DNA of 63,615 nt, filler included, from Reclinomonas americana ATCC 50394 (lineage: Eukaryota): the NCBI GenBank assembly GCA_048213135.1. It is 20 parts of 20 records of this genome, joined end to end, with 100 filler letters (N's around TTAATTAATTAA, not from the genome) between each part and the next. Parts side by side here need not be neighbours in the genome. Positions count along the whole stretch, not along the records: positions 23,455 to 26,186 come from AFZH01020565.1; positions 26,287 to 28,304 come from AFZH01020566.1; positions 28,405 to 29,813 come from AFZH01020567.1; positions 29,914 to 35,694 come from AFZH01020568.1; positions 35,795 to 37,212 come from AFZH01020569.1; positions 37,313 to 40,919 come from AFZH01020572.1; positions 41,020 to 45,414 come from AFZH01020574.1; positions 45,515 to 47,873 come from AFZH01020575.1; 12 more parts are not named here. The stretch is one strand, 5' to 3'. This document shows, piece by piece, positions 24,101 through 55,472 of this stretch. Both the position numbers and the translations under genes were made by a program. The notes below the pieces were generated by a model. It searched no databases. It was given only the letters and a program-made list of their open reading frames with translations, and was not told where the DNA came from. How positions within the stretch are numbered: position 1 is the stretch's first letter; every line of letters begins with the position of its first letter.

Positions 24101-27100
24101 AGAGAGAGAGGCAGAGAATGTTAGACCGTGGAGAGTTGGGCTTCGGAAACGAATGCGAAACGAAAGAGATCGAGAATGAGTTGAGTGACGGAAGTTGTAA
24201 GATGAGAGTGTGAGGGACACAATTCCTTGTAACTTGCTTGGTGCTCATCCCTTCCCCCTTGCCCTTCCCCTTTTTACAGGACCCGATGGAGTTCAAGCTC
24301 AAGCCGAACCCGCAGGCCACTGGCGCCGCGGCGGACAGCTACCTGTTGCGTCCCGCTGTCGTCTGCTCTGATTCCGTGAAATCGCTCACCATCACTGCAG
24401 CGCCATGGGCATCACTGCCGAGAACGTTGCCGAGCGCTTCAACATGCCTCGCTCGCGTCTCGATGAGGCTGCTGCGGAGAGCCACCGCAAGGCGGCGGCG
24501 GCGCAGGCTGCTGGCAAGTTTGTCGGTGAGTTGATTGGCAAAGTATTCCTGTCTTCCCCTCCCCCTCACTTCTCTGTCTTCACAGACGAGATCACGCCGG
24601 TGAGCACGGTGCTCATCAACGACCAGACCAAGGAGACGAAGCAGGTGGTCATCAAGGCCGACGATGGCCTGCGTGGTGACACCACGGCGGAGGTGCTGGG
24701 CAAGCTGCGCCCGGTGTTCAAGAAGACTGGCGTGGTGACGGCCGGCAACTCGTCGCAGGTGTGTCTTGACAAGAGAAGTGATTGTCCGTACTCCGTCACT
24801 TATCACGCTCGCAGATGTCGGACGGCGCCTCTGCGCTGCTGCTGATGTCGCGGGCCACGGCTCGCCGACTGGGATGCCAGGTGCAGGCCACGCTGCGCTC
24901 GTTTGCGGTGGTTGGTGTGCCCCCGGCAATCATGGTGCGAAAGGGGAAGGGGGAAGAGAGGGGAAGGGGGTGAAGGGGAAGGATGAGGGTGGAGGAAGGG
25001 GAAGAGAGGGGAAGGGGAAGGATGAGGGTGGAGGAAGGGGAAGAGAGGGGAAGGGGAAGGGAGAAGGGAGAAGGAGAAGGGAGAGATAGAGAGAAGGTGG
25101 AGAGATGAGGGTGGGGAGATGAGGGTGGAGAGATTGGAAAAGAGACAAGGAGTGAGTGTTTCCTCTTTGTTTCACTTGAATGTTTGCAATCTGTGGAGTG
25201 AGTAGCCGACAATGCAGTATTGTCTCGTTGATCTTTCGTTCTTTCCTTGTTTGAGAGCAAAGTTGCGCTTGTGCGAGTGAGAGAGATAAATCTTACTTGG
25301 TGCCTATTATTCGTGTTTGCGACGCTGTGTTCCTTGTTGCGTTTGAGTGTTTGCCGTTCTTATATGATCTATTCCTTTTCTCTACCGCTGCTCTGCATTT
25401 TGCATTCTCTGTTCTTCGCTTGAGTGTGTGTTTCTGTGAAGTGAGAGTCGACAGTTCACGGTATTTGTCTATTCCTTTTGCTTGTTTTAGAGCTAAGTTG
25501 TACTTGTGTGAGTGAGAGAACATCGTGTTATCTGTTGCTGCTTGTCATTCGTGCTTGTTTTCGAGTGTTTGCTTTTCCAATGTGATCATTTTCTTTCTCG
25601 CTCCACTGCATTGGCTTCTATGTTCAATCTCAGTGTGCATGCTTTCTTGGCTCCGTTGCTGGTGATTCTCTGTGAACGCCAAGTTGACACTGTTGTGCGT
25701 GTGTGTTTTCTCCTTTCATGTTGTAAGCCCTCTTGGCAATCTGTCAATCCCTCTCGCTGTCTGATTTTTGTTCTCGTTGCCGATATGTCTCTGATTCTGG
25801 CTTCCGCGAGTCCTTTGACTCGTTGAGATTCCTGATGTGTCGCTTTCTCTCCTTCAGTCGTCCCTCTCTCCATTCCCCCTCTCCGTTCCTCACTGCGTTC
25901 CTATCTTTGTTCCTCTCTTCATTCCTCACTGCGTTCCTCTCTCCGTTCCTCGCTGCGTTCCTCTCTTTGTTCCTCACTGCGTTCCTCTCTCCGTTCCTCA
26001 CTGCGTTCCTCTCTCTCCGTTCCTCACTGCGTTCCTCTCTCTCCGTTCCTCTCTCCGTTCCTCATTGCTTCCTCACTTTGTTCCTCTCTTCGTTCCTCAC
26101 TGCGTTCCTCTCTTCGTTCCTCTCTTCGTTCCTCACTGCGTTCCTCTCTTCGTTCCTCACGGCGTTCCTCTCTTCGTTCCTCACTGNNNNNNNNNNNNNN
26201 NNNNNNNNNNNNNNNNNNNNNNNNNNNNNNTTAATTAATTAANNNNNNNNNNNNNNNNNNNNNNNNNNNNNNNNNNNNNNNNNNNNTTCGTTCCTCTCTT
26301 CGTTCCTCTCTTCGTTCCTCACGGCGTTCCTCTCTTCGTTCCTCACTGCGTTCCTCTCTTCGTTCCACTCTTCGTTCCTCTCTTCATTCCTCTCTCCGTT
26401 CCCCTCTCCGTTCCCCTCTTTGTTCCCCTCTCCGTTTCGCTTTCTCCGTTCCCCAATCTGTTCCCCTCGAAATTCCCGTCTCCATTCCTCTCTCCCTCCC
26501 TCACTCCGTCCCTCTCCCTCTCCACCTTCTTCCTCTCTGTGATCCTCACTTTCCCTCCCTTCCCCCCAATAGGGCGTCGGCCCCGCCTACGCCATCCCCC
26601 GCGCCCTGGAGATGGCCGGCGTCTCGCAGGACCAGATCGATCTGTGGGAGGTCAACGAGGCGTTCGCCACGCAGTTCCTGTACTGCGGTGACAAGCTCGG
26701 ACTGCCGATGGACAAGGTCAACGTCAATGGTGGTGCGATGGCTCTCGGCCACCCGCTGGGGTGCACCGGTGCCAAGCTGACGACTCAGATCATTCACGAA
26801 GGTTTGTAGGGGAAGGGTGGAGAGGGAGGGACTGGGGAAAAGAGGGGAAGAAGGGAGGAAGGGGCGAAGAGGGGAGTGAGATTATGACAACGCTGAAAGC
26901 AAAAAAAAAAGAGCGGCAGAGAGTGAGAAGGAATGAGAGAATGCGAGTCGCGCTGTGAGAGTGGATGGATATGTTTGCAAGTCGGCAAGGAGGGCAAGTG
27001 AGAGAATGAGAGGGGGTGAGAGAGCAGCCGTTGTGCAGAGACATTAAGGCAATGCTTAAAGCAGAAGAGAGCGACGGAGAGTGAGGAGGAATGAGAGAAT

Positions 27101-27657
27101 GCTATATGTTCGCAAGTCTACAAGGAGGGGAAGTGAGAGTGAAATCAGAGCATGTGAGGGGATGAGAGAGCAACCGTTGTACTCTGAGACTATGACAACG
27201 CTGAATTCAGAAAAGAGCGACGTAGAGTGAGGAGGAGTCGAGATTGCGAGACATACCGTGAGAGTGGATGGATATGCTTTCAAGGGAAAATGAGAGTGAA
27301 CTCAGAGAATGAGAGAGGGGGTGAGAGAGCAGCCGTTGTGCAGTGAGACTATGACTACGCTGAAAGCAGAAGAGAGCGACGGAGAGTGGGGAGGAATGAG
27401 AGAATGCTGTGCAAGTCGGCAAGGAGGGGAATTGAGAGAATGAGAGGGGGTGAGGCCGTGTCTCCGTCTCGTGGCGTTTGCTCATCCCTTTCCCCATCTC
27501 ACAGCTCGTCGCCGCCATGCCAAGTACGGTGTGGTCTCCATGTGCATCGGCTCGGTGAGTGCTTCCATCCCTTGTCCTCTTCATTCACCCTTCCCCTCAC
27601 TTCCACCACCTGCAGGGCATGGGCGCCGCCGCCGTGTTCGAGTTCCCGCAGCATTAG
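18196..27657 (+). CDS. Fused beta-oxidation enzyme: enoyl-CoA hydratase, 3-hydroxyacyl-CoA dehydrogenase (AIM1/MFP2-type) and 3-ketoacyl-CoA thiolase; 5'-partial
   Basis: Hydratase: [39 protein letters not shown]. Dehydrogenase: [58 protein letters not shown]. Thiolase: [83 protein letters not shown]. The MFP/thiolase junction lies inside one exon (22859-23093). Confidence 0.92.
19400..19935. repeat. Intronic 20-21-bp minisatellite (GTGTCGCTGCGCCTCCCTCC)
   Basis: More than 20 tandem copies running into a gap. Confidence 0.95.
25880..26420. repeat. Intronic 12-bp minisatellite with the same unit as 9440-10090
   Basis: TTCCTCACTGCG / TTCCTCTCTTCG tandem array. Confidence 0.9.
26878..27450. 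repeat. Degenerate intronic tandem repeat, unit ~140-170 bp
   Basis: Recurring GAGACTATGACAACGCTGAAAGCAGAAGAGAGCGACGGAGAGTGAGGAGGAATGAGAGAATGC and GAGAGCAGCCGTTGTGC blocks at ~26880, ~27050, ~27190 and ~27345. Confidence 0.75.
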
Positions 27658-27730
27658 ACGCGCGACAGCGCTTTGCTCTTGTGATTCGTGATTGTACTCT
27701 CGCTTTTTTCTTTGGGAATCCGTTCATTGT

Positions 27731-48662
<20,932 letters not shown>

Positions 48663-49357
48663 TACACTCTCTCCCAACTCTCTTCGCTCACACTACTCAG
48701 TGTAAATTCACGCAACAGATACCCTCCGCCTATTTAGTTCCCCCCTCCCAACGCCACCTTCCAAACACGTCGACAAACCGGTCGATTCGAACACGACAAA
48801 AATTGTCAACGCCGCGAGAGAGAGAAAAGAGAGAAAGGGAGGAGAGAGACAAGGAGAAGGGCAGAGCAACAGAGGGAGAGATAGAAGCGAAGGAGGTGGG
48901 CAGAGAACAAAAGAAAAAAGAGTCAAAGCTGCCCATCCAGTCGTCGCACTTCGTCGCCACTCGCCGAAGATGGAGAGCGAAGATAAATGAGAATGAAATG
49001 ACACACGGTGCCCCATTCCCATGCACTTTCTCACTGAAAAGAGAGACAAAAGAAGAGCAGAACGACAATGTTCAAATAGGAGTGAAGGTACAGGAAGGGC
49101 AGAGATTAAAAAAGGAGCGAAACAGAGGCAGAATAACAGCGTGGATACACCCATTTCAGAACAGGCACACATCCTTTCTCTTTGCAAAGAGAGAACAAGA
49201 GAAGGGCACCACAACAGAGGCAGAGATAGGAGAGAAGAAACAGGAAGGTGACAGAGATTTCAAGAGAAGGAGAGCAGAAGAGAGTGACAAGGGCAAACAG
49301 CAATGACAGCGTTGGTTCACCACCGCCCTCGCACGCCCTCATCCTTTCTCACTGCAT

Positions 49358-49406
<49 letters not shown>

Positions 49407-49548
49407 AGAGAGACATAACAACGAGGAGGAGAGAGAGGAGAGAAGAGANNNNNNNNNNNNNNNNNNNNNNNNNNNNNNNNNNNNNNNNNNNNTTAATTAA
49501 TTAANNNNNNNNNNNNNNNNNNNNNNNNNNNNNNNNNNNNNNNNNNNN

Positions 49549-50143
49549 TCTCCTCAACTCGGCCACGAGCGCGTCACGCTCCCTCACCTGCCGCGTCAAG
49601 TCCTCCACCGTCGGCTCCGCCGCCGCCGCCTGTGCCCCCACCACCACCACCCGCTCCAGGGCCTCCACCATGGCCGCCAATCCCCGCTGCCGCGCCATCT
49701 CCACCGCCGTCTTGCCGTCGCGCCCGCGCATCGCCAGCAGGTCGGGAATGGCGGTGGCCAGCAGCACGGCCACCTCCTGCTGGTTCCAGAACACGGCATT
49801 GTGCAGCGCCGTCCACCCCTCCTCGTCAATCATGCGCGCCGCCTCGGGCGAGCAGCGACGCGGGTCGGCCAGCAGCCAGCGCACGGCCTCCACCTGTCCG
49901 TTGCCGGCGGCGCCCATTAGCGGTGTCCACCCGTTGTAGGTCACGTGCTGCGCCAGCTCCGTGCCGCACTCGGTGTGCCAGAGGAGCTCGAGGATGGGCA
50001 CGTGGCCGGAGGCGGCGGCGTAGTAAAAGGCCGAGCCGCCGCTGGCGTCCATCTCCTCGGGTTGGAGGAGGGTGCGGGCGGAGGAGGTGAGTTGGCGGAG
50101 GGTGGTGAGGTCGTTGAGTTGGGCGAGTTCCCAGGCGGGGGCT
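49549..50143 (-). CDS. Ankyrin-repeat exon (~4 repeats) followed by coiled coil; partial gene
   Basis: GGSAFYYAAASGHVPILELL, GWTPLMGAAGNGQVEAVRWLL, GWTALHNAVFWNQQEVAVLL, DGKTAVEMARQRG; polypyrimidine tract and TAG acceptor directly upstream. Confidence 0.9.
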
Positions 50144-51053
50144 CTACAGAGAGGCAAAGGGAATAAGGGGAAGGGTGGAGAGGGGGAAGGGTGGGGAAGG
50201 GGAAGGGAGATTAGGGAAAGGGGAGATGGGAAAGGGGAGAAGGGAAGGGGGAAAGGGGGAAGGTCTTTCTTTCTTGTCTTCTTTGAGATGTGAGTAAGTG
50301 TGTGTGAGAGAGAGACAGACAGACAGAGAAAGAGAAAGAGAGAAAGAGAGAAAGAGCGAGAGAGAGATAGAGAGAGAAAGAAAGAAAGGAATGTGAGTCG
50401 TGAGGAGGATGAAGGGAGAGGAATGGAGGTTCTTTCTTGTCTTCTTCTTTGAAATGAGAAGTGGAGTGAGTGAGTGAGTGAGAGCGAGAGAGAAAGGAAT
50501 TGGGGTGGAGAAAAGGATGGAGGAAGGGAAATTGAGTTTCTTTCTTGTCCTTCCTTCTGTGAAATGTGAACGGGAGTGAATGAGTGAGTGAGAGAGAAGG
50601 GGAATCGAGTTTCTTTCTTTCCTTCCTTCATTGGAGTGAGAGAGAGATAGAGAGTCAGAGGCTGTGAGAACGACTACAAGGAGGATGCCAAGAGCGGAAG
50701 CTTGAGGACGGGACTGGCGACAATAAGAAAGAGAGGGATGCGGCAATTCCGGTTGTCGCATTCTTGAATAAACGAAGAGTGGACAGCAGAGAGGGAGAGG
50801 CGATCTTTCTGTTTCTGGTTATTCGAGAGAAATAGAAAAGGAATGATAATGTGGGCAGAGGGAAGGCGAGAGGGAGCACGATAACCTTTCCAATGCCTTC
50901 CACGCACAGCAGTATGAAGACGTGAAGTGATTGAGCTCAAGAGTGTGTGAGAGAGAGGGAAAGAGAGAGAGAAAGAAAGCAAGAGGAATGAGGGCGGAGA
51001 CGAGGGTGCAGTGGTGTATCTTTCAGGCCATACTCTTCTGCAACGTTAGGAGA

Positions 51054-51131
<78 letters not shown>

Positions 51132-51306
51132 GAGACGAGANNNNNNNNNNNNNNNNNNNNNNNNNNNNNNNNNNNNNNNNNNNNTTAATTAATTAANNNN
51201 NNNNNNNNNNNNNNNNNNNNNNNNNNNNNNNNNNNNNNNNCCCTCCTCCTCTCTCTCTCTCTCTCTCTCCTCCTCTCTCTCTCTCTCTCTCTCCCTGCAA
51301 CGCAAC

Positions 51307-51544
51307 AACCACTCGATCGGGGTACGACGCACTCGGCGCAAAATAAAACCCCGCAGCAGCCAGTGTCTCCGGCGTGGCAAGCCGATACTCAGGATAAGGC
51401 CATCGCGCGTTTCTTACAAAGAGACACAAAGAGAAAGAGAGAGTGAGAGAGTGAGTGAGAGAAGAACGTCGGACAACAACACTGTCCGCTCAACTTGTTG
51501 AACGTCCGCAAACGCACAGACTCAGAGAACATCTGTGTGTTCAT
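51307..51544 (-). CDS. N-terminal half of a BIR (IAP/survivin-type) domain; two exons, 3' part in the gap
   Basis: Spliced MNTQMFSESVRLRTFNKNARWPYPEYRLATPETLAAAGFYFAPSASYPDRVV matches BIR RL.TF..WP....TPE.LA.AGFYF.P....D.V.C. The Zn ligands would be in the missing exon. Confidence 0.82.
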
Positions 51545-51604
51545 TGTTGCAGGCAAGTGTGTGTGTCTGCGTGTGTGTGTGTCTCGCGATCGGGGTTGGT
51601 TTTT

Positions 51605-52515
51605 GTCAGATGTCCTGCGTGACATTTTCCGCGACGCTCCGCGTTCTCCAGTGCGCAGGAAGCTCGCTGCCTCAGAGATCAGCTACGTGACAAATGTGTC
51701 TCTCTTCCCTTTCTCTCTCTGCGCCTCTCACAGTTCTCCATTCGTTGCTGTTCAATGTCCTGCAGGAAATATTCAGCAACTTTTTTCTCGAGCTCACTCT
51801 CCTGTGCGGAGTGCTGCCTTAGAAGACCTCTGCGTGGCATGTATATCCTTCTTTTCGCATCTCGCAACCAGCCACACCGTCCCTCTGTGGCTCTGTGTTC
51901 GATGTCCTGCAAAAACATTCCACGACGTTTTTCACTCTCCTGTGCGGAGAAAACCGTGCAGCCTAAGAGCGCCTCTGCGTCATGCTCATGTATTTCTTTC
52001 CCTCTCTCGCAGCCGGTCTCTGTCGCTCTCTTCGTAGCTTGTGAAAGATGTCATGCATGCCAGTTTCTGCAATTATCTCGCTCTCCCGTGCGGATAAACG
52101 CGCCACCTTGAGGCTACCTGTGTAGCGAGCATATCTCTCTCTTCCTCCCCCACCCAGTCTCCCTGCGCGTCTCTCTGTCTCTCTATGGATCTTTGTCCTG
52201 CATGACTGTTTCTAAAACGACGTCGTTCTCTCGCTCTCCTGTGCGGATAAACGAGCTGCCATTGAGAACACTCGTGTAACGTGCATGTTTCTCTCTTTTC
52301 CTCTCGCTAGTGGCCTCCACGTCTCACTCTTTCTTGCTGTATGATCGATGTCCTGCATGTTTTCGCGACGTTTCTCAGTCTCCTGTGCGGATAAACGCGC
52401 CACCTTGGGAGCACCTATGCAACGAGCATATCTATCTATTCCTCCCCCACCCAGTCTCCCTGCGCATCTCTCTGTCTCTCTCTAGGTCTTTGTCCTGCAT
52501 GCTGTTTCTGCGACG
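51605..52515. repeat. Degenerate tandem repeat, ~147-bp unit, ~6.5 copies, filling the region between divergent BIR and TBC start codons
   Basis: Anchor (GA)TGTCCTGCA..CTCTCCTGTGCGGA(TAAACG) at ~51609, 51755, 51901, 52048, 52194, 52348 and 52491. Confidence 0.85.
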
Positions 52516-52554
52516 TTCATATCTTTCTTTTCTTTTTTTGTGTTTGAGAGGGCA

Positions 52555-52694
52555 ATGATTGACACACTGGGCTTTTCTGTGGATGAGGAGGATTCGCCGA
52601 CGTATCGACCGCCGGTGGATACAACGGCGACGTGGAATACGTATTTGAGTTGAGTGTGTGTGAAGTTGAGGGAGGGAGGGAGAGAGAAGAGAGA

Positions 52695-52729
<35 letters not shown>

Positions 52730-55435
52730 GGGAAGGAGAGAGAGAGTAGTAGAGAGAGAGAGGNNNNNNNNNNNNNNNNNNNNNNNNNNNNNNNNNNNNN
52801 NNNNNNNTTAATTAATTAANNNNNNNNNNNNNNNNNNNNNNNNNNNNNNNNNNNNNNNNNNNNAGAGAGAGAGAGAGAGAGAAGAAGGGTGGAGGGGGAA
52901 GGGGCGAGAGATGCGGTACATCTGCCCTCGCGTTCCATAGTCCCTTTGTTCTGCTTTCGTTGCACTGTCCCTTTGTTCTGCTTCCCTTTGTTCTGCTTCT
53001 CTCGTTCCGCTGTCCCTTTGTTCTGCTACTCTGGTTCTCCTGTTTGCTGCGATGCGCCGCATTCTTTCCCCCTCTTTTTCTTGCAGCTGCCCTCACTCTT
53101 GTCCTTTCTCTCGTTTCTCTTTCTCATTCTTCCGTCTCCTTATCAATTCCTTTCTCGAGACCGCTGCACTTCTGCTCTTCTCGCGTTCCCTTCCACCCAC
53201 TGCGTCTTTCCCTTCATTGTACCCGTGTGCCCTTCATCGCCTCTATCCGTCCTCCTCTGCCCTTCTTCCACTCTGTATATTCTTCCACCTTCTTTCTCAC
53301 TTCGGCTCACTTCTTTCTGCCGTCATTTTCTGACAAGTGACATTCTCCTCTCCTCCTTTCTCACTTCTGACTCCGTCACCCTCCCGTTTCTCCTTTTTCC
53401 TTCCCCGTTGTCAGTCGTGCCGTTCTCCGTTTCTCTCTGCTTCTTACTTCTGCCGTCCACTCTGCCCAACACCTCATATGTGCCCATTTCCTGCTCCCTC
53501 ACTTCTCGTCTCTTTCCTCACCTCTGTCGTTTCTCGATGCCGTTCTTTTCTCTTCCTTCCGATTCTTACGTCCGCTGTTTTGCTTCCTCCATTCTGCAGC
53601 TCTCCTCCACTGACGCTTTCTGGATTCTGTCCTTCTTCGTCACAGCTGCACTTTACTTTCCTCTCATGTCTGTTCTTCTCCTTCTCTTCTTCTCACAACT
53701 GTTATCACTTGTGCCTTTTTTCTTCCTCCTCCTTTCTCACACTTCTCTTTCCCTCCGTCTCCTCGCCTCTGCCGTTCTCTTTCTCCTCTTCTCTCACTGC
53801 TTCTCTTCTCTTTCCCTCCTTCCTTCTCCCACTTCCGCTTTCTCCTGCTACCCTTCTTTTTACATCTGTCTGTCGCCTCCCATTGTCACCTGTGCCGTTC
53901 TCGCTCATCCTCGAGTTCGCGTTTTCATTCCTTGTCCATGTCCTCCATTTTTTTCTCTTGCGTGCTGTCCTTCTCTCTCGTTTTCTCATTCCTCTGTACC
54001 TCTTATTTCTCACTTCTTCTTCCTCTTCTTTCCTCTTCTTCTTCTCCCTCTCATGGCACTTCTCCTCATTCTCGTGCGCGTCTCATCGCCCCCATCTCAT
54101 CTCGTGCCCTCACCCTTCTCTTGTCACTTCTCCTCTTCCCTCCCCTTCCGCCCTCCTCCCCTTTTCCTTCTCCCTTTCCCTTCTTTCCCCTCTCCCCCTC
54201 TGCAGGTCGACCTGGCCGTCCTGGACGACCTGCTGGCCCGCTTCCACCCTGAACTGCATCGCCACTTGACGCACCACAACGTGCAAATGCCGATTTTCTC
54301 CATGCCCTGGTTCATCACCCTCTTTTGCACGTCGCTGCCCGCCGAGACGACGGCGAGAATATGGGTTCGTCGTTGATTTCCTCTCGTTTTTAGAGGACAG
54401 TGCTCATTCGGCATCACAGGACTTGCTGTTCCTGCACGGCTCACGAATCATATTCAAGTTGCATCGCCACCTTCCGATTTACATCTCCCTTCCCCTCTTA
54501 CCTTCTCCTCTTCGCAGGTGCTCGCTCGCACTCCTCGCCCGCCACCAAGCCGACCTGCTGAAGCTGAGGAACCTCCAGGAACTCGGACCGGCCATCAAGA
54601 TCGCGTGCGTGCGAGTGCGCGATGCCGATGGCCTGGCGCGAGAGATTGTGCGCATGAACAATGTGGAGTGGAATCTCATCCAGCAGCTGCGCGAGCAGCA
54701 CTTGGAGGCGCTGCGGCAGAGTGCACAACGCATGTTGTCGATGCGGGAAGTGGTGGAGTTGGAGCGGAGTACTGGATGTTGCGATTTTGATGGAGTTGTC
54801 ATTCGTGGCGAAGGGACTCATTTTGTGACTGTGGGCAGTCACGGCGGCTGAACTGCGGCGATTGCGGGAGGAGTTTGTCGCGATGAGTGCCGATGGTGTG
54901 GGTATTCACGAGGGGCAGTTCAAGCAGGTATTAGGGTCGATGAATTCGAGGTTTGTAACAGGAGAAGGAGGTGGTGAATGGAAAGAGAGAGGGGGAGAGG
55001 AGAGAGAGAGAGAGGAGGGAGGGAGGAGGGAGGAGGGGAGAAAGTGAGAGTGAATCGCATTGCGAAGATAGAAGATGTTGATTTCACACACGCACACATA
55101 CTGCGCATGTGCAAGCTTGGGTAGGGAGACAGTAATAGAAACAGACCCGGCAGTCCAATCGACGATGCGTTTTATTGTCACCCTGTCAGCACACACGGAC
55201 AACCGCAGGCACAGAGAGAGTGAGAGAGAGAAGATGGTGATTTCACACACGTGCAAGCTTGGGAAGGGAGATAGCAACAGAAACTGACTCATACGTCCTA
55301 TCGAGGAGCTTGTTTGTTTCACCTGAAGGCACACGCACTGCCAAGAGGAAGAGTGTGCGTGTGAATGCTAACGTTTCTCTGTTGAGCTCGGCGCCTTTGT
55401 TGTCACTAGAGGCCATGTATCCTCGCTCAGGGGAG

Positions 55436-55472
<37 letters not shown>

